Below are positions 52,305 to 63,223 of a DNA stretch of 64,000 nt, piece by piece. Under the pieces are notes generated by a model. It was not told the origin of the DNA, did not search any database, and saw only the letters and a program-made list of their open reading frames with translations. The DNA is from an uncultured Ignavibacteria bacterium (GTDB taxonomy: Bacteria > Zixibacteria > MSB-5A5 > JAABVY01): positions 6,853 to 70,852 of the forward strand of contig CAZVLB010000017.1 in NCBI GenBank assembly GCA_964627935.1, given 5' to 3'. Position 1 is the first letter of the stretch; the number at the start of each line of letters is the position of its first letter. The translations under genes were made by a program, and so were the position numbers.

Positions 52305-54876
52305 ATTTGCGGGCCCTGATCATCATGAACAAACCAACCACCAGGAAGATGGCATTGACCGACCAGGCAGCAAACATGGGCGGGATTTTGCCGGATGTGC
52401 CCAGGGTGCGAAAGACCTCGAACATAATCATGTAGGCGAATGATATACCTATGGCGAATGCGAATCCGATGGCCGGAGAACCGCGCCGTGGATCGGATGC
52501 CAGGGGTACGGCAATCAGTATGATGATAAAACTGGTCAGGGGCAGGGCATATTTGAAGCGCAGGTAGACCTCCTCGGAGGTGGTCGGCAGGCCGTTTTTG
52601 CTTTTGATGCGGATTTCCTCGCGCAGGTCGCTGATTGTTTGATCATATCCAAAATCACGCGGATCGATACGTCTTTTTGTAAAGCGCTGGGGAGTTTCGG
52701 ATAGGTAATCCAGATAAAGTGTATCGAACTGGATGATCGAGTCCCGGCTGGTGGGATCATCAGGTTCCGCAAATATGGTGCGTTTGCCATCCAGGGCCAG
52801 CCAGACTGAATCCTGCCAGTTTATTTCGCGGACTTCGAGGATTTCCTGCAGGTGATTTTCGCTGTATGTATGAATCTGCACATCTTTGCCCATTAGCTGT
52901 CTGGGGCTGTAGAGCCGGAAATTGAATATGCGGCCCTCATCGCCTCGACGGTGAAAATTCGAGTAGTATTCCTCACGGTATTCGGGTATCCGCTCGATTT
53001 TACCGTAGCGTATTTCCGATTTCATTTGATTGGTATAAGGCAATATTTTCTCTGATGCCACGAATACTATAACTGAAATGGTCAATCCGGCCAGCAGAAT
53101 GGGCAGGGCCACGCGCCATAATGATACTCCCGAGGCCTTGATTGCCAGCACCTCATTTCTTCGAGCCATCAGGCCGATAGTGAAGATCGCCGATAACAGC
53201 ACAGCCACCGGTATGGTGAGCACAATCAGGAAGGGGGTATAGTACAGGTAGAACCTGAGCACATCAATGATATTGGCCTTCTTATCGATATATGTATCGA
53301 GGTGTTCGATCAGATGCACAAGATGCATGATCAGGATGAAAATTACCAGTGACAGAATCAGGGTCTTGGCGAATTTACCCAGAAGATATCCATCGAGGAT
53401 TTTTGTGGGCCGCAGACGTGCTTTCCAAACTGACCGTTCCCGTGGAGTGCTTTCGACATTATCCAGCTCGCCACGCATCAGCCTGGAGAATCTCTCCATC
53501 CATTCACGCAATTTGAGCATAGGCGTCGACCTTCTGAGCGTGCCCAGGAATGCCAGAAGCGGTTTTTCCGTTATCAGTCTATACAGCAATATCAGTCCAA
53601 CGGCGCCGATCAGGATATTGGGCATCCACATTGACAATACCGGTGAGACAAATCCGCGGTCGGAAAGTTCCTCACCGCCGATCAGGAAGGCCCAGTAAAT
53701 TATGAATAGTCCTAACGAAAGGCCGATTGCAGTACCCATACCTCCTCGACGGGCCAGCATGCCCAGCGGTGCGCCGATAAGAACAAACACAATGCAGGCG
53801 GCCGGTATGGAAAATTTCTTGTGCACCTCGAGCAAATAGACATTTTGTGATTTTTCCAGCTGGTTGATTTTACGCAGGTTGCTCTTGATAATGTTTTTTG
53901 TGTTGCGCATATGTGTCAGGGCATCCAGCACGAATTCGAACTGAACCTTCTCCTCCGGCGCGGCATCGACGAACTGCGGCTTTTGTATATCGCCTCTTAA
54001 TATCCTGTTGGGATCGCTGTGGCTCAGTATAATTTTGTCGTTTTCTTCCTGATAGCGGTCGATATTCTCCTGCAGTTTGTCGGTTTCGGCCAGCATTTCG
54101 GCGCTTGACATTTCACGGTCACCCCGATGAGATGAGGATGTCTTGCGCAATTCCCGGCTGATATCGCGGATGTTGAAAACCTGCTTTTTGAAAAGCACAC
54201 GCCTGTAACGCGTGGGATCGGTTTCGCTGGATTCATAGATTTCGCCATCCTCCAGTTCAAAGGAAAGCACCTGGCCGCCCTCAAGAAATTCCAGGTAGCC
54301 CCGTTCGGCTGTGATGGTGCGATCAGTTCGCGGGGAGCGCTGGTCATAGATAAGCACGTCCTTAATGCGCGAGGTCTGGTGATTTACATCGCCGATCAGG
54401 ATGAAATAGCCGGGAATATCATTAATGAAGACATTGCTTTGAATCGAGAGGGTGGGTCGCATAACGCGAATATCGCCCATCAGCACGCGCGCCTCATGGT
54501 TGGCATCGGGCAGGACATCATTATTGAACCAGACCAGAAGCCCGGCCAGGATTGAGGCCGCAATCAGCACCGGCAGGAGAATTCTGAGGACATTTACGCC
54601 GGAGCTTTTCATTGCCAGCACCTCCATATCCGCGCTCATCCGGCCGAAAGCCATCAAGGTCGCGATCAGGGTGGCCATCGGCACCGCCAGTGCGGTCATC
54701 CAGGCCAGATTGAGAATAAAAACCCAGATAACCGTGAGGGCATCGAGATTTTTTCCGATAATCATCTCGACCACATTGGGAATCAGGTCGAGTACCAGCA
54801 CGAATATGGTTACAATAAAGGCAAAGATAAAAGGGGCCAGATGTTCTTTTAGGATATGGCGCGAAAGTATTCCCAT
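52303..54876 (-). CDS. lptF/lptG: Fused LptF-LptG LPS export permease
   Basis: Two tandem YjgP/YjgQ repeats (ILSRHIL...EVLAMKSSGV...HKKFSIP; ILDGYL...EVLAIKASGV...KYALP) in one ORF. Confidence 0.9.
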   Translation of the reverse strand: MGILSRHILKEHLAPFIFAFIVTIFVLVLDLIPNVVEMIIGKNLDALTVIWVFILNLAWMTALAVPMATLIATLMAFGRMSADMEVLAMKSSGVNVLRILLPVLIAASILAGLLVWFNNDVLPDANHEARVLMGDIRVMRPTLSIQSNVFINDIPGYFILIGDVNHQTSRIKDVLIYDQRSPRTDRTITAERGYLEFLEGGQVLSFELEDGEIYESSETDPTRYRRVLFKKQVFNIRDISRELRKTSSSHRGDREMSSAEMLAETDKLQENIDRYQEENDKIILSHSDPNRILRGDIQKPQFVDAAPEEKVQFEFVLDALTHMRNTKNIIKSNLRKINQLEKSQNVYLLEVHKKFSIPAACIVFVLIGAPLGMLARRGGMGTAIGLSLGLFIIYWAFLIGGEELSDRGFVSPVLSMWMPNILIGAVGLILLYRLITEKPLLAFLGTLRRSTPMLKLREWMERFSRLMRGELDNVESTPRERSVWKARLRPTKILDGYLLGKFAKTLILSLVIFILIMHLVHLIEHLDTYIDKKANIIDVLRFYLYYTPFLIVLTIPVAVLLSAIFTIGLMARRNEVLAIKASGVSLWRVALPILLAGLTISVIVFVASEKILPYTNQMKSEIRYGKIERIPEYREEYYSNFHRRGDEGRIFNFRLYSPRQLMGKDVQIHTYSENHLQEILEVREINWQDSVWLALDGKRTIFAEPDDPTSRDSIIQFDTLYLDYLSETPQRFTKRRIDPRDFGYDQTISDLREEIRIKSKNGLPTTSEEVYLRFKYALPLTSFIIILIAVPLASDPRRGSPAIGFAFAIGISFAYMIMFEVFRTLGTSGKIPPMFAAWSVNAIFLVVGLFMMIRARK

Positions 54877-54968
54877 GCCGCTCAAGGTAATTAGATTGAT
54901 TGATCTGAACAACTATTTTTCCTTGATGTTTATAACCCCGCTGTTTAGATTTGATCCCGAGGACAGAT

Positions 54969-55889
54969 ATGATCAAAGATTTCTCGTTGAATGAAAAGGT
55001 AGTCGATTTCTTTCTGCTCAAACAGATCGAAGTCAGGGCGCATGGCGGCGGATCCCGTCTGGTAATGATACTGGGCGACCGCACCGGCGATATTGACGCT
55101 GTTTTGTGGGAGGATGCCGAGCAGGTTATGGAAAGCCTGCGGGGTGCCGAGGTGGTCAAGGTTGCCGGCACTGTCGGCAGTTATCGTAACCGTCCGCAAT
55201 TATCCGTGGCCAAAATACGACGGGCCGAGACGGGTGAGTATGAACCGGCCAACCTCAGGCGCGCATCATTGAAAAGCCCGGAGGAGCTCAAGGCCGATTA
55301 TCTCGAACTGGCGGAGTCCCTGGAAAGTGAACATCTCAAAACGCTTCTGGTAAATCTGTCAGAGAAAGAGGCTGTATTTGGCAAATGGCTGATCTGGCCG
55401 GCGGGCAAGAAATGGCACCATGACTACTTTTCCGGACTTGCCGATCACAGCCTGTCGCTGGCGCGTCTGGCGGAATCGGTCTGTGCCCAATATAAATTCC
55501 TGGACCGCGATCTTTTGATAGCCGGCGCTCTTTTGCATGATCTCGGCAAGGTGGTTGAGTTCGAGGGTGAGATGGTCTATGATTATTCCACACCGGGCCG
55601 GCTGGTTGGACATATCGTGATGGGGGATCAGATGGTGACCGAGATGATTCGCCAGATCGAGGATTTTCCCAGGGATACCGAGATGAAACTCAGGCACCTG
55701 ATACTTTCTCATCACGGTGAGATGGATAAAGGGGCGGTAGTCAGGCCAAAGACCCGCGAGGCTTATGTTCTGCATCTTCTGGATGAAATCGACAGCAAGC
55801 TTGATGCTATTAATAAAATTGCCGAAAAAGCCGATGATATATGGAGCGAGTATATCAAACCGCTCGAGGATTATTTGTATTTTGGCTAA
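54969..55889 (+). CDS. OB-fold + HD domain 3'-5' exoribonuclease (YhaM/CBF1-like)
   Basis: L.DRTG.I OB fold, HH...GL.DH, LLHDLGK, GHI, ILSHHG, LDEIDSK. Confidence 0.88.
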   Translation: MIKDFSLNEKVVDFFLLKQIEVRAHGGGSRLVMILGDRTGDIDAVLWEDAEQVMESLRGAEVVKVAGTVGSYRNRPQLSVAKIRRAETGEYEPANLRRASLKSPEELKADYLELAESLESEHLKTLLVNLSEKEAVFGKWLIWPAGKKWHHDYFSGLADHSLSLARLAESVCAQYKFLDRDLLIAGALLHDLGKVVEFEGEMVYDYSTPGRLVGHIVMGDQMVTEMIRQIEDFPRDTEMKLRHLILSHHGEMDKGAVVRPKTREAYVLHLLDEIDSKLDAINKIAEKADDIWSEYIKPLEDYLYFG

Positions 55890-56004
55890 AGGGAATCCTG
55901 CCGTAAAATATTATTGTATGTAAATTGGGGCGATTCAGCAAATTTTTGTTGAAAAGTTAAAAGGCAGGGTCTATACTCAGATAATTAAACAGGGAAGTTG
56001 AAAT

Positions 56005-57033
56005 ATGTCGCTTTTTAGGTTTTTTTCTAACGATATCGGTATAGATTTAGGAACCGCCAATACTCTTATCTATGTTGCGGGGCAGGGCATAGTGTTGAAT
56101 GAACCCTCGGTAGTGGCGGTCGAGGTGGCCAGCGGTAAGGTCGTGGCAATAGGCAAAAAGGCCAAGGAAATGCTGGGACGCACCCCGGGAGAAATCCGCG
56201 CCATCCGTCCCCTCAAAGACGGCGTTATCGCCGATTTCGAAATCACCGAAAAGATGCTCTCGGCCTTCATCAAGAAGGTCATCCGTCATAAATACCTGAT
56301 GAAACCACGTATATTGATCTCGGTGCCATCCGGGATTACCGAGGTGGAAAAGCGGGCGGTTCGTGATTCAGCCGAGAATGCCGGTGCCCGTGAGGTCTAT
56401 CTTATTCATGAACCGATGTCGGCCGCTATCGGCGTGGGCCTTCCGGTCGACCAGCCCTCCGGTATCATGATCATCGATATCGGCGGAGGTACCTCGGAAA
56501 TCGCGGTGATCGCACTCTACGGCATTGTCAATAATAAATCGATCAGGATTGCCGGCGATGAGATCAACGAGGCGATCGTGATGTATCTGAAAAAGAACTA
56601 CAACCTCCTGATCGGTGAGCTGACCGCCGAGGAGATTAAGATAAAGATCGGTTCGGCCTTCCCGCTCGAACGTGAAGAATCGCTGGAAATCAAGGGCCGT
56701 GACCTTGTGGCGGGTGTGCCCAAGAATATGAAAATATCCTCGGCCCAGGTGCGTGAGGCCCTGACTGAACCGGTTGAGGCTATTATCGAGGCGGTCAGGC
56801 TTTCGCTGGAACAGACTCCGCCCGAGCTGGCATCGGATATCCTCGATCGTGGAATCGTGCTGACCGGCGGCGGTGCGCTGTTGCGCGGACTGGCAAAGCG
56901 TATCAGGCATGAAACCAATCTGCCTGTGTATGTGGCCGATGATCCGATGACCTGTGTGGCGCGCGGAACCGGTATCGTACTGGATCATATGTCATCCTTC
57001 AGCAAGGTGTTGATCAAGTCGCGCAATGATTGA
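56005..57033 (+). CDS. mreB: Rod shape-determining protein MreB
   Basis: [33 protein letters not shown]. Confidence 0.97.
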   Translation: MSLFRFFSNDIGIDLGTANTLIYVAGQGIVLNEPSVVAVEVASGKVVAIGKKAKEMLGRTPGEIRAIRPLKDGVIADFEITEKMLSAFIKKVIRHKYLMKPRILISVPSGITEVEKRAVRDSAENAGAREVYLIHEPMSAAIGVGLPVDQPSGIMIIDIGGGTSEIAVIALYGIVNNKSIRIAGDEINEAIVMYLKKNYNLLIGELTAEEIKIKIGSAFPLEREESLEIKGRDLVAGVPKNMKISSAQVREALTEPVEAIIEAVRLSLEQTPPELASDILDRGIVLTGGGALLRGLAKRIRHETNLPVYVADDPMTCVARGTGIVLDHMSSFSKVLIKSRND

Positions 57034-57065
57034 TCGGATGAATTCTGTCTGATATTTGATTTAGT

Positions 57066-57094
57066 TTGACTTTCCCTTTTACTCTCCTTAATAT
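57066..57094 (+). promoter_or_regulatory. Candidate sigma70 promoter of rnr
   Basis: TTGACT - 17 nt - TAATAT. Confidence 0.4.
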
Positions 57095-57118
57095 TCCGAT
57101 TAAACCTGAAGGATTGTT

Positions 57119-59296
57119 ATGGAGATTAATGCAGAAAAAATAGTGGCTTATGTATCTAAAGCCAACTATCGTCCCATCCGGCCGCGTGAACTTGCGCACG
57201 AAATGAAAATTCCCGAAAAGAACTATCGCAAATTCAGGAATCAGCTCAAGGAACTGATCCGTGAAGGTGAACTTGTCAGAATCAAGGGTGGAAGAATCGG
57301 GCCGCCCGATAAGATGAACCTCAAGGTCGGCAAGATTCAGATCACCCGTCAGGGATTCGGTTTCCTTGCGCCCGATGACGGCAGCGAGGAGATCTATATC
57401 CGTGCCAATGACACCAAAACGGCCCTGAATCATGACCGGGTAGTGGTTCGTGTCAAGCCTACCCGGCGGGGGAAGAAGCCCGAGGGCGAAGTGGTCAAGC
57501 TTCTGGAACGGGCTACGGATACTATTGTAGGCACATATCACAGTTCCAAATATTTCGAGTATATCGAACCGGATGATCCGACATTCAAGCGCGATGTATA
57601 TATCATGCCGGATCATGGTCTGGAGCCGAAAGAGGGCCAGAAAGTTGCCGTGATTCTCAAGGAATGGAAGAATCAGTTTCTGAATCCGGAGGGCCGGCTG
57701 GTTGAGATCCTTGGCTTCCCGGATGAGACCGGTGTGGATGTCCTGACGGTGATCAAAAAATACAATCTGCCGACCGAATTCCCGGTCAATGTAAAAAACG
57801 CTGCTCAAAAGATAAAACCGGGCATCACCCCGCAGGAAATCCGCAAACGTGAGGATTTACGTGAGCTGGTCACCTTTACGATCGATCCCGAGGATGCCAA
57901 GGATCATGATGATGCGGTTTCGATCAGCTTCACCGACAAGGGCAATTATGTTCTGGGTGTGCATATTGCGGATGTTTCGCATTATGTAACCGAGGGCAGT
58001 GCATTGGATAAAGAAGCCCGCGAACGCGGAACCTCGGTCTATCTTGTCGATCGGGTATTGCCCATGCTTCCCGAGGAACTTTCCAACGAGGCCTGTAGTC
58101 TTCAGGATGATGTCGACAGGCTTTCAATGACCTGCGATATGGAAATAACTCCGCGAGGTCATGTCGAGAACTACAAGATTTATAAATCGATCATCAACTC
58201 GCGTGCCAGCCTCAATTATGAGCAGGTGCAGACATTCTATGATACCGGTGACCTGAATGGCATGTCCGAGGAGGTCGGCGAATCATTAAATATCATGCGC
58301 AGGCTGGCCAAAATTCTGAGAAATGACCGCTTTAAAGGCGGCAGCCTGGATTTTGATCTTCCCGAACCTGAGGTGAAAATCGATCAATCGGGCGAAGTCG
58401 TTGATATTGCGGTCAGGGCCCGTAAGGAGAGCCATAAGCTGGTTGAGGAATTCATGCTGATGGCCAACAAATGCGTGGCACATTATTTTATGAACCTCAA
58501 TTTGCCCACGCTCTATCGTGTCCATGATCAGCCTGACATAGAAAAAATCCAGGCCTTCCGTGAATTTGCCAAATCGTTTGGTTATGATTTCCAGATCAGT
58601 GACCCGGTCCGCCCCAAACAGCTGGCCGAATGTATCCGTCAGATCGAGGGCAATCCGGAAGAGGATCTTTTGAATGAAATTCTGCTCAGATCATTAAAGA
58701 AAGCACAGTATCAACGCGAAAATATAGGCCATTTCGGACTGGCGTTTAAACACTACCTGCATTTCACATCGCCAATCAGGCGCTATCCGGATTTGATGGT
58801 CCATCGGCTTCTGGGTGAAATCAAAAACAAACAGTATCCGCCCAAGCGGCGTGAGAACTTGCTGCCGCTCCTGGATAAGATCGGGGCGCACAGCACCGAT
58901 ATGGAAATAATCGCCGAGAAGGCTGAACGTGAGACGATCAAGATCAAGCAGGTGATTTATCTGTCTCGCCACAGCGGAGATATATTCGAGGGCATAATTT
59001 CGGGAATTACTTCGGGCGGCTTTTTTGTGAGGCTCCTGAAATTCTCGGCCGAGGGCATGGTACGGCTTTCCTCGATGACTGACGATTATTACTATGTTGA
59101 TGAGCAACGCTATGTCGTGCAGGGCCGTCATACCAAAAAGCGCTACCGTCTCGGTGACAAAGTATATGTAAGAATCGTATCTGTAGACTTGGTATTTTAC
59201 CGCATCGATCTCGGGCTTGTTGAGGAAGATGCCAAGCCGAAAAGGGCCATAAAGAGAAAAAAGAAAAAGAAAAACCAGCTTAAACATGGAAAATAG
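57119..59296 (+). CDS. rnr: Ribonuclease R
   Basis: N-terminal HTH, GFGF CSD, TIDPEDAKDHDDA, HFTSPIRRYPD, S1, Lys-rich tail. Confidence 0.96.
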   Translation: MEINAEKIVAYVSKANYRPIRPRELAHEMKIPEKNYRKFRNQLKELIREGELVRIKGGRIGPPDKMNLKVGKIQITRQGFGFLAPDDGSEEIYIRANDTKTALNHDRVVVRVKPTRRGKKPEGEVVKLLERATDTIVGTYHSSKYFEYIEPDDPTFKRDVYIMPDHGLEPKEGQKVAVILKEWKNQFLNPEGRLVEILGFPDETGVDVLTVIKKYNLPTEFPVNVKNAAQKIKPGITPQEIRKREDLRELVTFTIDPEDAKDHDDAVSISFTDKGNYVLGVHIADVSHYVTEGSALDKEARERGTSVYLVDRVLPMLPEELSNEACSLQDDVDRLSMTCDMEITPRGHVENYKIYKSIINSRASLNYEQVQTFYDTGDLNGMSEEVGESLNIMRRLAKILRNDRFKGGSLDFDLPEPEVKIDQSGEVVDIAVRARKESHKLVEEFMLMANKCVAHYFMNLNLPTLYRVHDQPDIEKIQAFREFAKSFGYDFQISDPVRPKQLAECIRQIEGNPEEDLLNEILLRSLKKAQYQRENIGHFGLAFKHYLHFTSPIRRYPDLMVHRLLGEIKNKQYPPKRRENLLPLLDKIGAHSTDMEIIAEKAERETIKIKQVIYLSRHSGDIFEGIISGITSGGFFVRLLKFSAEGMVRLSSMTDDYYYVDEQRYVVQGRHTKKRYRLGDKVYVRIVSVDLVFYRIDLGLVEEDAKPKRAIKRKKKKKNQLKHGK

Positions 59297-60767
59297 TTTC
59301 TCGATCTGGATATTATCCCGCCGGCCGGAAATTTTCGACTGGCGCAACAGCAATATCTGGCCGGAGGGCTTCAATGTTGTTGTTTTCGAGAAGATAGACC
59401 TTTTGCTGAGCAACCTGGCCAAACGCAGCCCCGAGTTTATTATTCTCGACTGGGACCTTGTCAGCCAGAATGTCCAGCCGGTGGTCAGCAAGATATCACG
59501 CACCAGCCCCTTAAGCGAAATCTACCTGATCAACCTGCCCGAGGATCACCCAATCTATACCGACATCGGCAAGCATGAGCTTTCCGGGATCTTTCCTCCG
59601 GATTATGAAAGCGGGGACCTGCGCAGGAAAATCCAGGAAAATGCGGAATTAAAACAGCTCCTCAATCGCGCCGGAATAGTCGGCCGATCTCATCATCACA
59701 AGCGCATAGCCTCGGTTATCAGGCAGATTGCGCCAACCGACGCGACTGTCTTGATCACCGGGGAATCCGGTACCGGCAAGGAATTTATCGCGCGGGCCAT
59801 GCATGACAACTCCAATCGCAGCGGAAAGCCATTTATATCAGTAAACGGCGCGGCAATTTCCGAGACACTTCTGGAAAGCGAACTGTTCGGTCATGAGAAG
59901 GGAGCTTTCACTGGAGCGGATAAACGCCGGGCCGGATATTTCGAGACCGCTTCAGGTGGCAGCATATTTCTGGATGAGATCGGTGAGTTCAAGCTGGATT
60001 TGCAGTCTCGGTTGCTGCGTATCCTGGAACAGAAAGCATTTTACCGCGTGGGCGGCAATGAACAGATCAAGGCCGATGTGCGCGTGATCTGTGCCACCAA
60101 CCGTGAACTGAAACAGCTTGTCGATGAGGGACGATTCAGGGCAGATCTATATTATCGCCTCTCGGTGATACATATTATCACCGAACCATTGCGTAACCGT
60201 CCCGAGGATATCGCGCCGCTGGCTAATTATTTTTTGCATGAGCTGAAAAATGATGTGGGCGAAATGAGCATCTCTCCGGAGGCGATGGCCCTGCTTGGCC
60301 GCTACAGCTGGCCCGGCAATGTACGCGAATTGAAGAATTTCATACAGTCGGCCGCCTATCTGTCCTCGGATAACGTGATTACCGGCGATGATGTCGAGCA
60401 GTTCGTGCGCCGGACCGCCTCTGAAAACCGGGCCCTGCCGGTGATTACAGGCAAGACAGACCGCCAGGCGGATTTTGAAATGATCTATCATGCGCTCATC
60501 AACCTGGCCCGTGAAGTAGCTGAAATGAAAGAGATTCTGGTGTCGCGCCGTGCGCCGGCCTCACCGGATTATTACGATGATATGCAGATCCGTCCCGAGA
60601 ACGGGATGGAGGTCAGCCCGCAGTCGAAAACCATTAAGGAGATGGAAAAGGAGATGATCGAGCGGGCATTACAGGAGTCCGGCAATAATCGCAAGGAGGC
60701 TGCCCGGGCCCTGGGGATAGGCGAAAGAACCCTATACCGCAAAATTAAAGAATACGGCATAAGCTAA
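59286..60767 (+). CDS. Sigma54-dependent Fis-family transcriptional regulator with divergent receiver-like N-terminus
   Basis: GESGTGKE, GAFTGA, FLDEIGE, FRADLYYRL, WPGNVREL, HTH. Confidence 0.92.
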   Translation: MENSFSIWILSRRPEIFDWRNSNIWPEGFNVVVFEKIDLLLSNLAKRSPEFIILDWDLVSQNVQPVVSKISRTSPLSEIYLINLPEDHPIYTDIGKHELSGIFPPDYESGDLRRKIQENAELKQLLNRAGIVGRSHHHKRIASVIRQIAPTDATVLITGESGTGKEFIARAMHDNSNRSGKPFISVNGAAISETLLESELFGHEKGAFTGADKRRAGYFETASGGSIFLDEIGEFKLDLQSRLLRILEQKAFYRVGGNEQIKADVRVICATNRELKQLVDEGRFRADLYYRLSVIHIITEPLRNRPEDIAPLANYFLHELKNDVGEMSISPEAMALLGRYSWPGNVRELKNFIQSAAYLSSDNVITGDDVEQFVRRTASENRALPVITGKTDRQADFEMIYHALINLAREVAEMKEILVSRRAPASPDYYDDMQIRPENGMEVSPQSKTIKEMEKEMIERALQESGNNRKEAARALGIGERTLYRKIKEYGIS

Positions 60768-60776
60768 GGGGGAAAA

Positions 60777-62396
60777 CTGAAGCTTATTCTGGGACTTCTG
60801 GTCCTGGTGATGCCGCTCGTGGCATCGGGCCAGATGGTGAATACTATTGTGCTGGATTCGCACGAGGAGCTGGAATACCTGTTCCAAAGCGGGCAGATCG
60901 ATGCCGAGCAGTATCGTGTTCTGGATGAACTGCTCAATTCCATGCCTGTCACCCAACGGTATTTCCATGATGATTTAATGCGTTCAGTCCGCCAGCAAAA
61001 TGAGTTTCTGGAAATCGATCTCGAGGATACGATCGAAGTCGAAGCTGCAGAGGATCATCAGGATGGATGGCTTACCGGATTTGACAGCCGGGTGAAATTC
61101 AGGCTGTATCATGATCTGGATCAGAAAAGCCCGTACCGTGAGTATTTCTCCTATTCCGGCAATTCAGAGCAAAACCTGTCATTATATATCGAAGCCGAAC
61201 GTCATGAGAACTGGAACGACTATTATCTCAGGCGACGGCACCTGGATTTCAGGCGGAATCGCTTCAAAATATCTGCCGGGAATTTTGCGCCTGACTGGGG
61301 TATGGATGTATCATTGGGGTATCCGGCAGATATCCTGCATAAATCCGATGATCCGCTGTATCAAAGTGTCCTGTTTCCATCAAGGGGCAGGTATAACGGC
61401 CTGATGATAAGTCATTCGTCGAACTACAATCCAACTATTCTTTTCTCCTATGACAGATCTCGAAGTAATCGCTCGAGATTGGCCGCCGGTATGTTCGACT
61501 ATGGAAATCAGGATTTTCATGGAGGCTTGCTGGTTGGGATTTTCAGGCTTGATGATCCGGGAGCAGGCAACCAATTCGATTCATATATCACATCAGGTTA
61601 TCTGGCATTGACACGGGGCAAAACATCATTTGAGAGTGAGTTTTCGTTAATCGATATTAAATACCCGGCCTTCAATGCCGAATTGTCCAGCCGTTATGAA
61701 CGCGCCGGGATACGGATAATGGCCTGGAATTATCATCGTGGATATGTCAATCCCTATGGCTCCGGACGAGCCAATCCCGATTCACGCCGGATTTATATCG
61801 ACAGCAATGAACTGAATTATACCAGCAGGCATAATGGCGAATACGGATTACTCCTGCGAACAGACATTTATGATATGCATGGCCATAATCCGCAGATCAT
61901 GGCCAACTACTGGCGAGACGGCATCGAAGAGGAAAAAGTGCGTATCAGGATGGTTGACCGTTATGCTATATCTTCAAGAATCGATGCCATGCTGACATAT
62001 CTATGGGGGAATGATAATCTCGATGATGCAGGTTATGGAGATCGTCAGCATATCAGGGTTGACCTGAATTATAAACCTGCGCGCAGGCTTCGATTTCGAA
62101 TTTCAGCCGAGGCTCGTCGGGTTTACTACTCCTATGGCAGACGGGATTACCTGCGCGGTGAAGCCAGGTTTGCATTTCCGATAGACGATGATATTTCGGT
62201 CTGGTTCAGGTTCAGCCGGATTGACAATGACCTGGCGGATGGTTCCCGCGGATACTGGCTGATCTACCTGGGGGAAAACATGGCGCTGGGTGATAGCTTT
62301 TACCTGCGAGTATCGATGTCGACCAGAGAGGGAATAAAATATAATATGATAAAATCAGCGAGGCTTAACCTTCAAATCATATGGACGACAAGATGA
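60777..62396 (+). CDS. Hypothetical exported/outer-membrane beta-barrel protein (likely CTG start)
   Basis: In-frame signal peptide (M)KLILGLLVLVMPLVASG begins at CTG 60777; Tyr/aromatic-rich alternating strands; C-terminal LQIIW. Confidence 0.6.
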   Translation: MKLILGLLVLVMPLVASGQMVNTIVLDSHEELEYLFQSGQIDAEQYRVLDELLNSMPVTQRYFHDDLMRSVRQQNEFLEIDLEDTIEVEAAEDHQDGWLTGFDSRVKFRLYHDLDQKSPYREYFSYSGNSEQNLSLYIEAERHENWNDYYLRRRHLDFRRNRFKISAGNFAPDWGMDVSLGYPADILHKSDDPLYQSVLFPSRGRYNGLMISHSSNYNPTILFSYDRSRSNRSRLAAGMFDYGNQDFHGGLLVGIFRLDDPGAGNQFDSYITSGYLALTRGKTSFESEFSLIDIKYPAFNAELSSRYERAGIRIMAWNYHRGYVNPYGSGRANPDSRRIYIDSNELNYTSRHNGEYGLLLRTDIYDMHGHNPQIMANYWRDGIEEEKVRIRMVDRYAISSRIDAMLTYLWGNDNLDDAGYGDRQHIRVDLNYKPARRLRFRISAEARRVYYSYGRRDYLRGEARFAFPIDDDISVWFRFSRIDNDLADGSRGYWLIYLGENMALGDSFYLRVSMSTREGIKYNMIKSARLNLQIIWTTR

Positions 62397-63223
62397 AATA
62401 TGTTTGGCTATTCTTTGTTAGCATAATTTTATACTCAGCTGTCTTGTCGGGCCAGGTTGTTATCTCAGAATTCATCCCTGATCCGTCAGATCCGCTGGAC
62501 AGCGAATGGATCGAGCTTTTCAATCTGTCCGATCAAATAATTGATTTATCCGCATGGTCACTCTGTGATCTGGTGGGATGCGCTGACATTTCCGATATAA
62601 ATATCGGCCCCTCGGAATTTCTGATCGTCTGCCAGGACATCACGTCCTTTAAGGCATTTTATGATCTTGATGACGGCTCAATAATCGAAGTCGATGGCTG
62701 GCGGGCTTTGAATAATGGCGGCGATGCTATTGTCTTGAGGGATAATCAAGGCCATACCGTAGATTCTGTTTTTTATCAATCCGGCAATGGCAATAATATC
62801 TCATGGGAGCGAATCAGCTATGACGCCCCCGGCTATGATCCGGCTAACTGGCATCAGTCGCTCGATCCGGAAGGCTCCACACCCCTTGCTGAAAACTCGG
62901 TTGCGGGCGGATTTGCCACTGATGTGCGTTTAAATCTTACTGACAAATTATTTTCTCCGGGTTGCGATTGTCCTGATGATCAGCTGGCCATCGAAATCGA
63001 TTTGCCGCGTGATTGTTTGGTATCGCTTTATGTCTATGATCTTGAGGGCCGCATGATCGGGACAATTGCCGAGGAGAAAGCTGTGTCTGCAACTGTTATC
63101 TACTACAATGGCCATGATGATGCCGGGATATTTCTGGATGTCGGCATGTATATCCTGCTGGCCGAGGTTGACGGGGAATGTTCATATTCGCAAAAATTAG
63201 TATTCGGGGTGGCAAAAAAATGA
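62393..63223 (+). CDS. Lamin-tail-domain protein with C-terminal FlgD-like Ig (sorting-type) domain
   Basis: VVISEF..DP..SEWIELFN, LNNGGD.I.L, TP.AENS, FSP..D, VYDLEGR, GMYIL. Confidence 0.8.
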   Translation: MKYVWLFFVSIILYSAVLSGQVVISEFIPDPSDPLDSEWIELFNLSDQIIDLSAWSLCDLVGCADISDINIGPSEFLIVCQDITSFKAFYDLDDGSIIEVDGWRALNNGGDAIVLRDNQGHTVDSVFYQSGNGNNISWERISYDAPGYDPANWHQSLDPEGSTPLAENSVAGGFATDVRLNLTDKLFSPGCDCPDDQLAIEIDLPRDCLVSLYVYDLEGRMIGTIAEEKAVSATVIYYNGHDDAGIFLDVGMYILLAEVDGECSYSQKLVFGVAKK

